Shown here: positions 9,003-18,427 of the stretch, in pieces
Layout: each line of letters begins with the position of its first letter
How positions within the stretch are numbered: the stretch's first letter is position 1
Notes under the pieces: generated by a model
Databases searched by the model: none
The model's input: only the letters and a program-made list of their open reading frames with translations
Told to the model about the DNA's origin: nothing
From: Nanobdellota archaeon
GTDB taxonomy: Archaea; Nanobdellota; Nanobdellia; Pacearchaeales; GW2011-AR1
Assembly (NCBI GenBank): GCA_022561055.1
Contig: JADFRY010000002.1
Coordinates: forward strand, 54,064-118,063
DNA: 64,000 nucleotides
Direction of reading: 5' to 3'
Translations under genes and position numbers: made by a program

Positions 9003-10547
9003 ATGGCAGAAAAAGAGGTTCAAAAAAAGACAAACAATAATGGTTTTGTCAAATGGTTTTCTGAGTTAAGCAGCAAAGATGTTGCAATTGCTGGAAACAA
9101 AGGTGTTATTCTAGCAGAAATGTATAATAACAATTTTCCTGTGCCGCCGGGATTTGTCATAACATCGAACGCTTACAAATATTTTATTGAAAAAAATTCT
9201 CTCAATAAAACAATCTCTGAGATTTTGAATAGCATAGATATCAAAGACAAAAATGCTTTAGAGAAAAATGCTAAAAAGATAAGAGAGATGATAATAAACG
9301 CCAACATCCAAGATGAAATGCGAGAAGAGATTCTCGAGTCTTATGAGGTTTTAGACGTAGATAAGAAAAAGTTTGTTAGTGCCAGTTCCAGAGCATTAGA
9401 TATTTTAAAAGCCTCCCATGAGCAACCATTTGTCGCAGTCAGAAGTTCTGCAACAATATTGGATAATGGAAAGACTCTCTTAAATGTAAAAGGAAATGAA
9501 AACTTAATTGAAAATATCAAGAAATGTTTTGCTTCTTTATTCACAGAGGAAGCAATCTATGAACGTGAAAAAAAAGAAATTCAACATGACGAATCTGAGA
9601 TGGCTGTCGTCGTGCAATGCATGGTTGACTCTGGTAAATCAGGAGTTATTTTCTCTAAAAACCCTTCAAAAGACGATGGCAATATCATAATAAAAGCTGT
9701 TTTTGGTTTAGGTCACGGAATTATTTCTGAAAGAATTTCTCCAGACTATTATGTTATTAATCCTAAAGAAGATTTCAAAATTATTGAAAGAAAGGTTTCT
9801 GATAAAAAATTTGCTTTAGCAAGAAATTCTTCAGGAAAGATTGGGGCTATTGAATTGGATGATGATTTAAGAAAGAAAAATGTTTTATCTGGCTACCAAA
9901 TTAAAATGCTTGCTCAGCTTGCGGCAGAAATTGACGAACATTTTGGAGAACCACAAGACATACAGTTTGCAATAAAAGAAAATGAGATTTATATTATTAA
10001 TTCGCGACCGATAGAAATTAAGTACGAAGAGGATGAAGAAATAAAAGAAGAAACAGAAAAAAAACCTGAAGAGAAAGAAGCGGAAGTGTCGAAGACTGAG
10101 AAGGAGGAAAAAAAGACGGCTCCTATTGTAACTGCGCCTTCTATCCCAGAAATGCAACCCGGCCAACTAGAAGACATAAACGAAGAAGAATTAATTTTAA
10201 AAGCCTTAGAAGAGGATGAGCAATCAGGAGATGTTCCAATACTTTTTTCTATGTCTGAAATAGAGTCTTTTTTTAAAAAAGATGAGTATCTGCCTGGATT
10301 AGAGAAAAAGGACGACGTTCCACCTTTGAATGAAGCAATACCTGTCAGCTCTGAAGATTTTCAGGATGAGGAAGAAGAGGAAATACTGGAAATTAAAAAA
10401 GATGAAATTGATGAAGAGCCAGAAGCGAATCCAGAATCAGGAGGACAACCAGACGAAATAGATGAGGTAGATGAAATGCTCGGCGATGCTGAAGTTAATG
10501 GCGATAGTCACGAAAAAGAAGAAGATGAAGTCTTAGATGTTTTTTAA
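9003..10547 (+). CDS. PEP/pyruvate-binding (PPDK_N, ATP-grasp) domain protein with about 180-aa acidic tail
   Basis: GNKGVILAEMYNNNFPVPPGFVITSNAYKYF is the N-terminal signature of PEP synthase/PPDK. No phospho-His or TIM-barrel domains follow. The C-terminus is E/D-rich. Confidence 0.65.
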   Translation: MAEKEVQKKTNNNGFVKWFSELSSKDVAIAGNKGVILAEMYNNNFPVPPGFVITSNAYKYFIEKNSLNKTISEILNSIDIKDKNALEKNAKKIREMIINANIQDEMREEILESYEVLDVDKKKFVSASSRALDILKASHEQPFVAVRSSATILDNGKTLLNVKGNENLIENIKKCFASLFTEEAIYEREKKEIQHDESEMAVVVQCMVDSGKSGVIFSKNPSKDDGNIIIKAVFGLGHGIISERISPDYYVINPKEDFKIIERKVSDKKFALARNSSGKIGAIELDDDLRKKNVLSGYQIKMLAQLAAEIDEHFGEPQDIQFAIKENEIYIINSRPIEIKYEEDEEIKEETEKKPEEKEAEVSKTEKEEKKTAPIVTAPSIPEMQPGQLEDINEEELILKALEEDEQSGDVPILFSMSEIESFFKKDEYLPGLEKKDDVPPLNEAIPVSSEDFQDEEEEEILEIKKDEIDEEPEANPESGGQPDEIDEVDEMLGDAEVNGDSHEKEEDEVLDVF

Positions 10548-11182
10548 TTAGGTCCCCTAGCATAATTTTCTTGATGATCAACTTGTTGTTCTAAAGTCTG
10601 CTGATAATTTGTATTTTCTCTATTAGGAGTTAAAGCATATATCCCAGCAGTGAGACCTATAGCTCCTGCCGCTAATAGACTTGCTAATCCTTTTTTCACC
10701 TTAGAATTTCTTTCTCTTACTAATTCAGGAACTCTTTGGGATTTTTTCAATCCAGTTAAATCACGAAAAGTATCTATAGTATATCCTGCAGGTCCTCCTA
10801 TAACTGCTCCCAAGCCAATTCCTACAAGAGTGCCAATAACTATTTCTTTTGTATCCCTCGCTCCTGCAATATAATAAAATATTGGTAAAGCTACTAATTG
10901 AAGTGTTGCGGCATATGCTGCATCAATGGCGTGCTGAATTTTTCCTTTTGTCTCATCTGTAATACGAAATAATTTTCTCAATCCATCTCTACCTCTTGCA
11001 ATTAACCCTCCAAATCCTGCGTAAGCTAAACCAGCATTAATTAATCTTGCATTTAGAGAAACATCATCAGACATTCCTACAACAAAAGTTTCTAAAGTGG
11101 CTGAAATTGGAGTGGATATTGATAGCAAAGCTGTTGAATCCACAAAATTATATTTTAACCAATTTGGAGCTTTAACTTTCAT
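10544..11182 (-). CDS. AlaE-like (L-alanine exporter family) membrane protein
   Basis: VDSTALLS...ETFVVGMSDDVSLNARL...RGRD and later ...GAVIGGPAGYTIDTFRDL align with the E. coli AlaE pattern (DT..E.F..GMS...S..RL...RD). Confidence 0.55.
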   Translation of the reverse strand: MKVKAPNWLKYNFVDSTALLSISTPISATLETFVVGMSDDVSLNARLINAGLAYAGFGGLIARGRDGLRKLFRITDETKGKIQHAIDAAYAATLQLVALPIFYYIAGARDTKEIVIGTLVGIGLGAVIGGPAGYTIDTFRDLTGLKKSQRVPELVRERNSKVKKGLASLLAAGAIGLTAGIYALTPNRENTNYQQTLEQQVDHQENYARGPN

Positions 11183-11295
11183 GCCTCTTCTTATAATTTG
11201 GTCTTTTTAAATCTTCCCACTATGTTACCCCTAACTAGTTTATACAAAACAGGAAGGTTTATAAATGACTGTTTTCTAGGCTAAGTAAGATAAAA

Positions 11296-12156
11296 ATGGC
11301 AGAAAATGATTACGAAAAAGTAGGAAGAGAGTATAAAATAGCTCAAGAGATAGATGATTATCTTAGCCAAAGGTCTCAGGATGATAGAACTGAAATAAAA
11401 GAAAGAGCTAAAGGAAAATTAAGAAAGATAGGTCATGATTATGCAGTCGCAAAGGGATTTATAGATGGGGATAGAGTTGGTCCCCGAGATATTGAAGAGA
11501 GAAACTTACTAGAGTTTCTTAAAGGAGCACAAAGAGAAACACTGACAAATTCTGCTAACAGACTTTATGATAATCTTGAAAGTATTGTTGATGAGCTTCC
11601 AGAGAGCAAGCTTGAAGACTTAATTAAGAGTGATGATGTTCTCAAGTTTACAGAAGGTAATGAGAGAAAGGTTCTTGCTAGTTATAGATTCTATAAAGAT
11701 ATTGAAAGTTTTGCTAGAAGATATCAAGATAGTGGAGAGATAAGAGATGAGAAAGAGAGAAAGCTTGTAGAGCAAGCTTCTAAGGCTGGTGAGGGAATAT
11801 ATCTTGAAGAGCAAAGAAAGAAAGCAATGGATGCTGAAATTGAGAGACAAAAGGAAGAAGGTTATAGTGTTGTAGACGAAGATCTTACAAATCTTGCTGG
11901 AAATTTGATGGTTATTTCAGTTAAATCTGGATATTCTGCAAGCCCAGAGGAAAGAATAAAAGAATACACTGTCAAGGCCCTTAGTGAAACAGCAGGAGAG
12001 CTTAAGAAAGCTTATGAAAATCTAACCGAAGAGTCTGGAATAGATGCCAAGGGTGCTGTAAAAGCAACCCTTAAGAGACTAGGTAGGAAGGGAAGTTCTA
12101 CAAATGATTTCAAAACTATGGCAAAACTTATTTATGATTTACCTAGTGGTGAGTAA
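11296..12156 (+). CDS. hypothetical protein (charged, helical)
   Basis: 286-aa ORF with TATA (ggtttataaatg, 11257..11268) upstream. No family recognised. Confidence 0.4.
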   Translation: MAENDYEKVGREYKIAQEIDDYLSQRSQDDRTEIKERAKGKLRKIGHDYAVAKGFIDGDRVGPRDIEERNLLEFLKGAQRETLTNSANRLYDNLESIVDELPESKLEDLIKSDDVLKFTEGNERKVLASYRFYKDIESFARRYQDSGEIRDEKERKLVEQASKAGEGIYLEEQRKKAMDAEIERQKEEGYSVVDEDLTNLAGNLMVISVKSGYSASPEERIKEYTVKALSETAGELKKAYENLTEESGIDAKGAVKATLKRLGRKGSSTNDFKTMAKLIYDLPSGE

Positions 12157-12157
12157 T

Positions 12158-13147
12158 TTAGTTAGATAGTTTCCTCTTTTCATCTAGTAATTTGTCAATA
12201 ATATCAGTCATTTTTTTCATGAATAATCTTGCGCGGTCTTGCCATTGGTCTATTTCAACACCTTTAATACTACTTATATCTCTGTGAACTATGCTTTTGT
12301 GCAAAACATAAATGTCTCTATACCAAATTACATATTCCATTTTTAGCATTTTTGTATCGACAAAGTTCTCTTTTAACATTGGTGCGACGTGTTCTGGAGA
12401 AGGTGGTAATTTTCCTAAAGTGATTAAAGCTGCTTGCGCAGAATCAATCATCGTCCAGTAAATGCCTTCGATTGCTCCCATTTGAGCAGCTTTGCTTCGA
12501 GCCAAATGCAACGGTGCTCTTTGCAAAGCAGCATATACCGCCTCCGGAGTCGAATGTATTTTTCCTTGAGCAAGCAAAGCTTTCAATGGATTAAAGAAGC
12601 CAGCTATATCAATTAATACCTCGCCATATCTCAATATATTTATGACAACAGAATCGCCATGCATTAAGTCATTCCACCAGGTTGTTAACTTTATTGTGTT
12701 AACATGAAGCTCACGTGAATATCTGCTTACGGCAATCAACTTCCCAAGTTCTTCTCTATACCAAGCAATTAACTCCAAGTCCCAATCTATAGAAGCATCA
12801 TCGACTATTATTATCATATCTATATCTGAAGATGAAGTTGCTTTATTTTTTGCCTGGCTCCCAAAAAGAATTGTCGCTTTTACTATTGTATCAAACTTTT
12901 TATGCACTTTAGCAGCAAAATCCATGGCAATCTCTTTTTCACTTCTTAAAAGTCTGGGGGGAGCCATTTTTTTTATTATAACTTTTCTCTTAGAAGACTT
13001 CTCTTCAGTTTTCTTCTTTTCAGTTTTCTTTTTTTCAATTTTTTTCTTCGAAGTTTTTTCTCGAGATGGTTTCTTAGACACTGACAACTTCAATTCAGGA
13101 AGATTAGAACTTCCTTTTTCAATTTCCCTCTTTTTTGCCATTCTCAC
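12158..13147 (-). CDS. nucleotidyltransferase-domain protein with Lys-rich N-terminus (paralog of 3284..5077)
   Basis: FGSQAKNKATSSSDIDMIIIVDD NTase motif. It shares GKIHSTPE and KLPPSPE motifs with the 3284..5077 protein. Confidence 0.6.
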   Translation of the reverse strand: MRMAKKREIEKGSSNLPELKLSVSKKPSREKTSKKKIEKKKTEKKKTEEKSSKRKVIIKKMAPPRLLRSEKEIAMDFAAKVHKKFDTIVKATILFGSQAKNKATSSSDIDMIIIVDDASIDWDLELIAWYREELGKLIAVSRYSRELHVNTIKLTTWWNDLMHGDSVVINILRYGEVLIDIAGFFNPLKALLAQGKIHSTPEAVYAALQRAPLHLARSKAAQMGAIEGIYWTMIDSAQAALITLGKLPPSPEHVAPMLKENFVDTKMLKMEYVIWYRDIYVLHKSIVHRDISSIKGVEIDQWQDRARLFMKKMTDIIDKLLDEKRKLSN

Positions 13148-13246
13148 TATCCTCTTAATTCTAAAGAAACTCTATTTTTTAAATGTTTAGTAACTTGTAG
13201 CTTATTGTGATGCCCTATAACTACTTTTTAACTAAAGATTTTTAAC

Positions 13247-15091
13247 CTACTCCATCGGAGCACCCGATAATCTGTTTCTTCCGCCCATTTGTCCTCCCAA
13301 CTCTGTAGGAAGATTTGAAAACCCTGCGCCATATGTTGAGAAGTGAACATCTGGCAATACACGACCAAAACCAACAGAATATTCTCCTGTTGTCGCGGCT
13401 GCTTGATTCCAATAAGGAGCCTGCATTGAAAAAACAGGAGAACCAAACGCTTCTAAAGTCTGTCTAAAGGGTGTTTGAGTGCCAAAAGCTTGCGGACCAA
13501 ACCATGTTCCGGTTTCTGCAATTTTTTTTACTTGCTTATTATATTTCGAAATCAAATCCAACATTTTCTTTGTCGGAACATTGCCCATGCCCATCGGTAA
13601 CTCTGTATGCTCCATTCCAAAATTATCTGATAAATGGACGTGTTTTACATAAGGAGCTATTTTTTCAGTTTCTTTTACGATATCTGACTCGTCGTAACCA
13701 AATTTTCTAATCATATTAATATGACCAATATCCCATGTTACACCAATTAGTTTTTCAGACTGTTTTCTAGCTTCGCTTCCCGACATGCCTAATTCTTCTT
13801 TTGCCTTTTTAACAAATTTGTCTCTTGTCGTATCGATTAATTTCCTTATATCTTCTGCACGAGTAATGCCCATGCCGGCAGGAGGATTTTCTATGCTTAT
13901 GATTGGTGCAGTATCTTTAAATTTTTTATAACCTTGCAAAGCTAAATTAGAAAATGTTTCGGCCGCCTTGTCGTTTGCGAATTTTTCTAAGGGTTGAAAG
14001 ACCTGAGGAGATTGAATTGAGTCGAGGACTCTAACACCTCTCGTTATTTCATCTGCTAATTCAGCAACCTTTGTGGGGTCAGTTTTCCATTTTTCCAGTT
14101 TTTTAGATACTTCTTTTTGATATTCATCTAATTTCATTATGTCTACTTTCCTGTCTGACCCCAATGCTGCATCGTAAGCCTGGTCAAATAATTGTTGTAA
14201 GTCTGAATATGCCTCCCTGACCGCAACAGCCCCATAATCAATATTATTAATAATCTCTTGTGCGAATTTTTGTGAATTAGGATTTAGGTTTTCAATAAAT
14301 TTCTGCCCTTCTGATGTTTTCGATAAATTATACAATTCCATCACATTTTTTTCTTTTAATTCTACTGGAAGTTCTTGCATTCTTTGTTTTCTTTCTAAGT
14401 CATTTATTGTCTCACGAATTGCGTTCCTGCCTCGATTAACTATGAAGTTTAAGTTGCCTAAAGACCTCGCCCAGTTTTCTTCATTTAGCCTCTTGAGTTC
14501 TTCATCTACGCTCGCTTTTCTTCCTAAGAAATGCTCTTCTTTTGGTTTTGGCATTGCTCCGAAACGACCTGTTCTTTCATCGATGACTGCCAATCCTGTG
14601 CTTATTATTTTTCCATCTTTTGTTTTCACTCTTGTCCTTGGTTCTGGAAGGCCATTGCTTGTGTGGAATGTCACGACAATATTTCCATCTGGCTCTAACT
14701 CGTGACTTCTTTCTAAAGCAGACCACATTTGTCTTTCTGCAAATTCTCTTTGCTCTTCAGTCCAATTGTCCCGACCAACGCCAGTAGGTTCGATAAGAGG
14801 ACCGTGAAACGTTAAATTAACTCCTGTTAATTTCTTCAATCTGTTGATTTCTTTAAGATGTTGTTTTGGAATATTTTCTAAGACTTGCGGTGTAACTCCT
14901 GAAACTTCAATTGTTTTTGCACCAGTGGAAAGTTTGTCAGAAACTGCTTTTATTTGGTTTGCAGTCCGTGGGTCGGTAGGGATACCGAACTGTTCAGTAG
15001 GAAATCTATAGCCAAACCCGAGAAATGATTCTCCATAATCTGAGTCCAAACCATAGTCTGCTCCTGCATAAAAATTCTCATAACTTACCAT
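13247..15091 (-). CDS. xylose-isomerase-like TIM-barrel (AP endonuclease 2 family-like) protein with large helical insertion
   Basis: The ordered motifs LTFHGP, VVTFH, ISIENPP, WDIGH and HVHLSDN resemble the sugar-phosphate isomerase/Endo IV TIM-barrel metal ligands. A coiled insert of roughly 230 aa sits between them. Confidence 0.45.
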   Translation of the reverse strand: MVSYENFYAGADYGLDSDYGESFLGFGYRFPTEQFGIPTDPRTANQIKAVSDKLSTGAKTIEVSGVTPQVLENIPKQHLKEINRLKKLTGVNLTFHGPLIEPTGVGRDNWTEEQREFAERQMWSALERSHELEPDGNIVVTFHTSNGLPEPRTRVKTKDGKIISTGLAVIDERTGRFGAMPKPKEEHFLGRKASVDEELKRLNEENWARSLGNLNFIVNRGRNAIRETINDLERKQRMQELPVELKEKNVMELYNLSKTSEGQKFIENLNPNSQKFAQEIINNIDYGAVAVREAYSDLQQLFDQAYDAALGSDRKVDIMKLDEYQKEVSKKLEKWKTDPTKVAELADEITRGVRVLDSIQSPQVFQPLEKFANDKAAETFSNLALQGYKKFKDTAPIISIENPPAGMGITRAEDIRKLIDTTRDKFVKKAKEELGMSGSEARKQSEKLIGVTWDIGHINMIRKFGYDESDIVKETEKIAPYVKHVHLSDNFGMEHTELPMGMGNVPTKKMLDLISKYNKQVKKIAETGTWFGPQAFGTQTPFRQTLEAFGSPVFSMQAPYWNQAAATTGEYSVGFGRVLPDVHFSTYGAGFSNLPTELGGQMGGRNRLSGAPME

Positions 15092-15156
15092 GTTTGATGA
15101 TAGACAATAGTTTATTTAAATATATTGAAGTGCCATGAGCCATCTAACTACATAAC

Positions 15157-15705
15157 CTATCCTCTCGACCCGCTTCTTCTTTTTGTTCTAAGTTCTTCTC
15201 TTTCTTCTCTAGCTGTGTAATCTTGTCCTCTCTCGCCTCTTTCTGACCCTACAGCCCCTGTCATTGGTTCCTCACCTTGTTGTGAGGGTTGTATCAATGG
15301 AGACCTATCTCTTGAGAGTGCCGACTCTGTTGGATTTTGAGTGTTTTCTTCTGGCAGTCCTAATGAAACCGGAGCTTCATATCTTGTTCGTTCGTCTTCG
15401 GTGGAAATGCCCGCTGCAACGTCGTATGCTGTTCTTCGTCCGCCTTCTTCATATATTTGTGTTGCAGTCTCCTCGGGAGCTGTTTGAACTTCTTCCATGT
15501 CCTCAATTCTTTCCGGCAGTTGCCCTGTTTCTAAAACTGGCGCAATATCTGCTGAAGTTGTTCCAGTCAAAAATTCCTTAAATTCTTCTGATGCAGATTC
15601 TTCAATTTCTTCTTCTAAGTCTTCATGACCAATTTCTTCTTTGCTTTCTTCTTTGATTTCCTTTATCTTTGAAGAAATTTCTCTTATTTTTTTTAGTTTT
15701 GGCAT
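15157..15705 (-). CDS. acidic, low-complexity (likely disordered) protein
   Basis: 182-aa ORF rich in E/T/P/G, packed 6 nt after the upstream gene on the same strand. Confidence 0.4.
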   Translation of the reverse strand: MPKLKKIREISSKIKEIKEESKEEIGHEDLEEEIEESASEEFKEFLTGTTSADIAPVLETGQLPERIEDMEEVQTAPEETATQIYEEGGRRTAYDVAAGISTEDERTRYEAPVSLGLPEENTQNPTESALSRDRSPLIQPSQQGEEPMTGAVGSERGERGQDYTAREEREELRTKRRSGSRG

Positions 15706-15711
15706 TTTTCT

Positions 15712-17247
15712 TTAGCTATATGGCTCAAAAGGAGTGGTGTAAGAGGGCATTGCATGGGCCTTTTTGTATATATCAAATACTAAAAAGCATTTATCTCTTG
15801 CAGCTATAATTGCCTGAGAGCGAATTATTTTTTCATATTCATTGTCGGGTTTTATCACTTTTGGCAACTCTTCTTCAGGATGTTTCTCCTTTTCTGTTTT
15901 TAAGAAAGAGAACAAAGCTGTAAATGGGTTCACGTCTCCGGTTTTCTTTTTTTCTTTTTTATCTTCAGTTTTTTTATCTTCAAGAATTTCTTCTATATCT
16001 TTTTCTATTTGCTCTAAACTTTCGGTTGTCGCTCCTTCAATTAATTTCATCACCTCTCCAAAGTCATCTTTTTCCATTTCTTCTTTTAAAACTTTCAATT
16101 CCTGGTCATTCAGTGCGTAACTTGTGAATTTTATTTCTGTTCTGCCGCCGAACGTGTAATGCTGGCCTGCTCTATGAGGAATTCCTCTGAATTTAAGCTC
16201 GACAACGACAAAAGGCATGTATTTTCTTTTTTTAATTTTCTCAAATGATTTTGGCAGAATTCCTTTTTCTATATCTTCTTCTAATTTGTATTCGTCTTTA
16301 GCTAATAATGTTAATTCTAAAATAATTGTGTTGAATGCTGTGACAAGCGCTGATTGCATTGATGTGGTGCTTTGCTCTAATTTTCTAGCAGATTTAAGAT
16401 ATGGTTTTATCCAGCGAGAGTATAATTTTACAGTATTGACCTGACTCTTCAAATAATTTTTTTCTATCTTAAATCTTTTGTTTAATTCTTGCTCTGACTC
16501 TTCTATCCATTTAAGAAATTCTCCGACTCTTTGTTCTAAAATTCTTTTAACTCTATCGTTTAAATCCAGCTTTTTAACATCAGCTAAAGAATTAGCTATC
16601 ATGAATGCGTCAATAATTGTTACATAATCAAATTGGGCAGCCAGATTTTTTAGACTCGTAGTGCCTCTTTTTGGAAAGTCAACTTGGTCCATCCAGATTT
16701 GTTTTAGTGAAAGCATTGCAGAACTTTTTTTTTCTGGGATTTTTGATTTTAAGTCTTCATAATTACCGAGTCTTAATTTGAATTCCTTTAAATCGTAAAC
16801 AATATTAAGTATGGATTTTATTACTGTGTTAACTGTGCCGAGCATTTTCATTGCTTCTTCTTGCATTCGTGTTGCTTTTCCGGTCAATTCAGAAAAGTGT
16901 CCTGAGCCTGGCGAAGAGATAAAGTTATCTGTTATTTTTTCTACTTCTTTAGATGAGTTATTTAAGAAATCCAAAATCCAGAAATATAGGGGTTCGAGGC
17001 CTTCGGTTGTTGAGTCGTAGATAATTTCATGTTCTTCTGAAGGGGCTTTGAGGCCCCATTTTGCAAACGGCTCTTTGTAAGCTTCATCGTAGTCAAATAC
17101 GATATCGCTCTTGAATGGTTTCGCTTTTTCTGCTGCTTTTAGAAAACCCTGGGTCTTCACAAGTTTCTTTACTTCTGCTTTCACTTCTGGAGCGCAATAA
17201 ACATCAGGGTTAATCGCGGCTATTAGATTGTGTATACTCACTGCCAT
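15712..17247 (-). CDS. large hypothetical protein (511 aa from internal ATG)
   Basis: I placed the start at MAVSIHNLIAAINPD. The 45-codon extension to 17382 in the ORF track runs through a TATA-like site (17277..17289) and into the structured repeat. Confidence 0.5.
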   Translation of the reverse strand: MAVSIHNLIAAINPDVYCAPEVKAEVKKLVKTQGFLKAAEKAKPFKSDIVFDYDEAYKEPFAKWGLKAPSEEHEIIYDSTTEGLEPLYFWILDFLNNSSKEVEKITDNFISSPGSGHFSELTGKATRMQEEAMKMLGTVNTVIKSILNIVYDLKEFKLRLGNYEDLKSKIPEKKSSAMLSLKQIWMDQVDFPKRGTTSLKNLAAQFDYVTIIDAFMIANSLADVKKLDLNDRVKRILEQRVGEFLKWIEESEQELNKRFKIEKNYLKSQVNTVKLYSRWIKPYLKSARKLEQSTTSMQSALVTAFNTIILELTLLAKDEYKLEEDIEKGILPKSFEKIKKRKYMPFVVVELKFRGIPHRAGQHYTFGGRTEIKFTSYALNDQELKVLKEEMEKDDFGEVMKLIEGATTESLEQIEKDIEEILEDKKTEDKKEKKKTGDVNPFTALFSFLKTEKEKHPEEELPKVIKPDNEYEKIIRSQAIIAARDKCFLVFDIYKKAHAMPSYTTPFEPYS

Positions 17248-17299
17248 TTTCTCTTTATAGTAATTAGGACGAGAGTTATTTAAATGTTGTCTGAATATC

Positions 17300-17434
17300 A
17301 AAAAGTCTTTGCGTTTTTTGTTTGGACTTTTGGATGCAAGAAAATTCCTCCTGAAAGTAATTTTCTGCACAGAGAATTGCAATTGTCAGCAATTCTCTTG
17401 TGTTCAAGATGCTCTTTTGCAAGCATCTTGACAT
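17300..17434 (+). repeat. structured intergenic element, copy A (four consecutive hairpins)
   Basis: About 70 nt are near-identical to 61584..61661 (ggatgcaagaaaattcc...aattttctgcacagagaattgc...gcaattctcttgtg.tcaaga). The flanking stems differ but stay complementary. Confidence 0.6.
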
Positions 17435-17495
17435 AGATCAAGAATTTTCTCTATGATTTTTGATGAAGAAACTTTTGTATTAGCATCTATGAGTC

Positions 17496-17909
17496 TTACT
17501 TCTCCCCATAATTTTCAACCATTTCTTTTTCACTTTTATTTAGTTTGTTTAACTCGTAATCTCCTCCTTTACACCATATTTCTGGTTTGAGTTTATTCAA
17601 AATTGCAGATATATTCACATCGTCAAATAAAAAAACATAATCAACATATCTTATAGATGAGAGAATTTCTGCTCTTTCATTTTCAGGAATAATTGGCTTT
17701 TTCTCACATTTATATTCTTTAACAGAAGAGTCTGAGTTTATGCCAATAATTAAAATGTCTCCTAACATCTTTGCTTTTTCTAGATATCTCGTGTGCCCTA
17801 TATGAACTAAGTCAAAAACACCATTAGTAAAAACAACTTTTTTATTATCCTTGCGTGCTTTTTCGACTATTTCTTTTATTTCTGCAAAGGTCTTTATTTT
17901 CTGATACAT
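17496..17909 (-). CDS. cytidylyltransferase-family nucleotidyltransferase (RfaE domain II / RibL-like)
   Basis: FTNGVFDLVHIGHTRYLEKAKMLGDILIIGINSD contains the (T/H)xGH motif of the family. Confidence 0.7.
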   Translation of the reverse strand: MYQKIKTFAEIKEIVEKARKDNKKVVFTNGVFDLVHIGHTRYLEKAKMLGDILIIGINSDSSVKEYKCEKKPIIPENERAEILSSIRYVDYVFLFDDVNISAILNKLKPEIWCKGGDYELNKLNKSEKEMVENYGEK

Positions 17910-18003
17910 ATTAATAGGCTCATAGAATGGTTAAAGTAATTTTCTATATTGACAACTTAAACAACAAAATTTTTAAGATTTTGACTCGGGGATTGTGTAG
18001 TAA

Positions 18004-18015
18004 TCTTTAAATAAA
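18004..18015 (+). promoter_or_regulatory. TATA box (tctttaaataaa)
   Basis: The 8-mer centre lies 25.5 nt upstream of ATG 18035. Confidence 0.5.
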
Positions 18016-18034
18016 ACAGCTTCTTTTCTAATTT

Positions 18035-18427
18035 ATGGGTTTGTTCAGAAGAAAAAAAGGTTCAGAAGTAATTGATTTTACTAATTTATATAACAGGGAG
18101 CTGATTAAACAATCAGGAGAAAGCGCAGAGAATGATGTCGTTGATCTAAGCACTAATCAGAGTCAGGATACATTCTCAAATTCAGATGATTTTTTGAGTG
18201 GGCTTGCCGGTGTTGGTGCTGTCGCAGATACACAAGTTCAAACATCTGAACGCATAGGAGCAGGGCCTATAACTTCTTCTTTGAGAAAAGCCAGGCAAGA
18301 ATCAAATATTCATGCGAAGTTTAATGAAATAAAATTGAAGATAGATGATACTGACTATAAATTAAATAATTTAATTGAGAAAGTCAAGGAAATTGAACAT
18401 AGGGTTAGGAAGTTTAAAGGAATCTAG
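18035..18427 (+). CDS. hypothetical protein
   Basis: 130-aa ORF with a well-placed TATA box. C-terminal coiled-coil-like segment. Confidence 0.4.
   Translation: MGLFRRKKGSEVIDFTNLYNRELIKQSGESAENDVVDLSTNQSQDTFSNSDDFLSGLAGVGAVADTQVQTSERIGAGPITSSLRKARQESNIHAKFNEIKLKIDDTDYKLNNLIEKVKEIEHRVRKFKGI

Noticed and set aside
10020-10545. GAA/GAG-rich periodic sequence that could be mistaken for a repeat array
   Set aside because: It is in frame within the 9003..10547 ORF and encodes the polyacidic tail. There is no unit/spacer organisation.
12960-13090. Reiterated ttttc/ttctt motif region
   Set aside because: It is the antisense image of the Lys-rich N-terminus (KKKIEKKKTEKKKTEEK) of the 12158..13147 protein. 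This is coding low complexity, not a structural repeat.
17248-17382. 45-codon N-terminal extension of the 15712.. gene in the ORF track
   Set aside because: The extension begins within the repeat element and runs across a TATA-like site. The internal ATG at 17247 gives a sensible N-terminus (MAVSIHNL...).
17425-17434. TTCTTGACAT at the 3' foot of the H3 hairpins (also 61711..61720) resembling a bacterial -35 box
   Set aside because: The genome is archaeal and has clear TATA-type promoters. The TTGACA is simply the closing arm of the tcaaga/tcttga stem.
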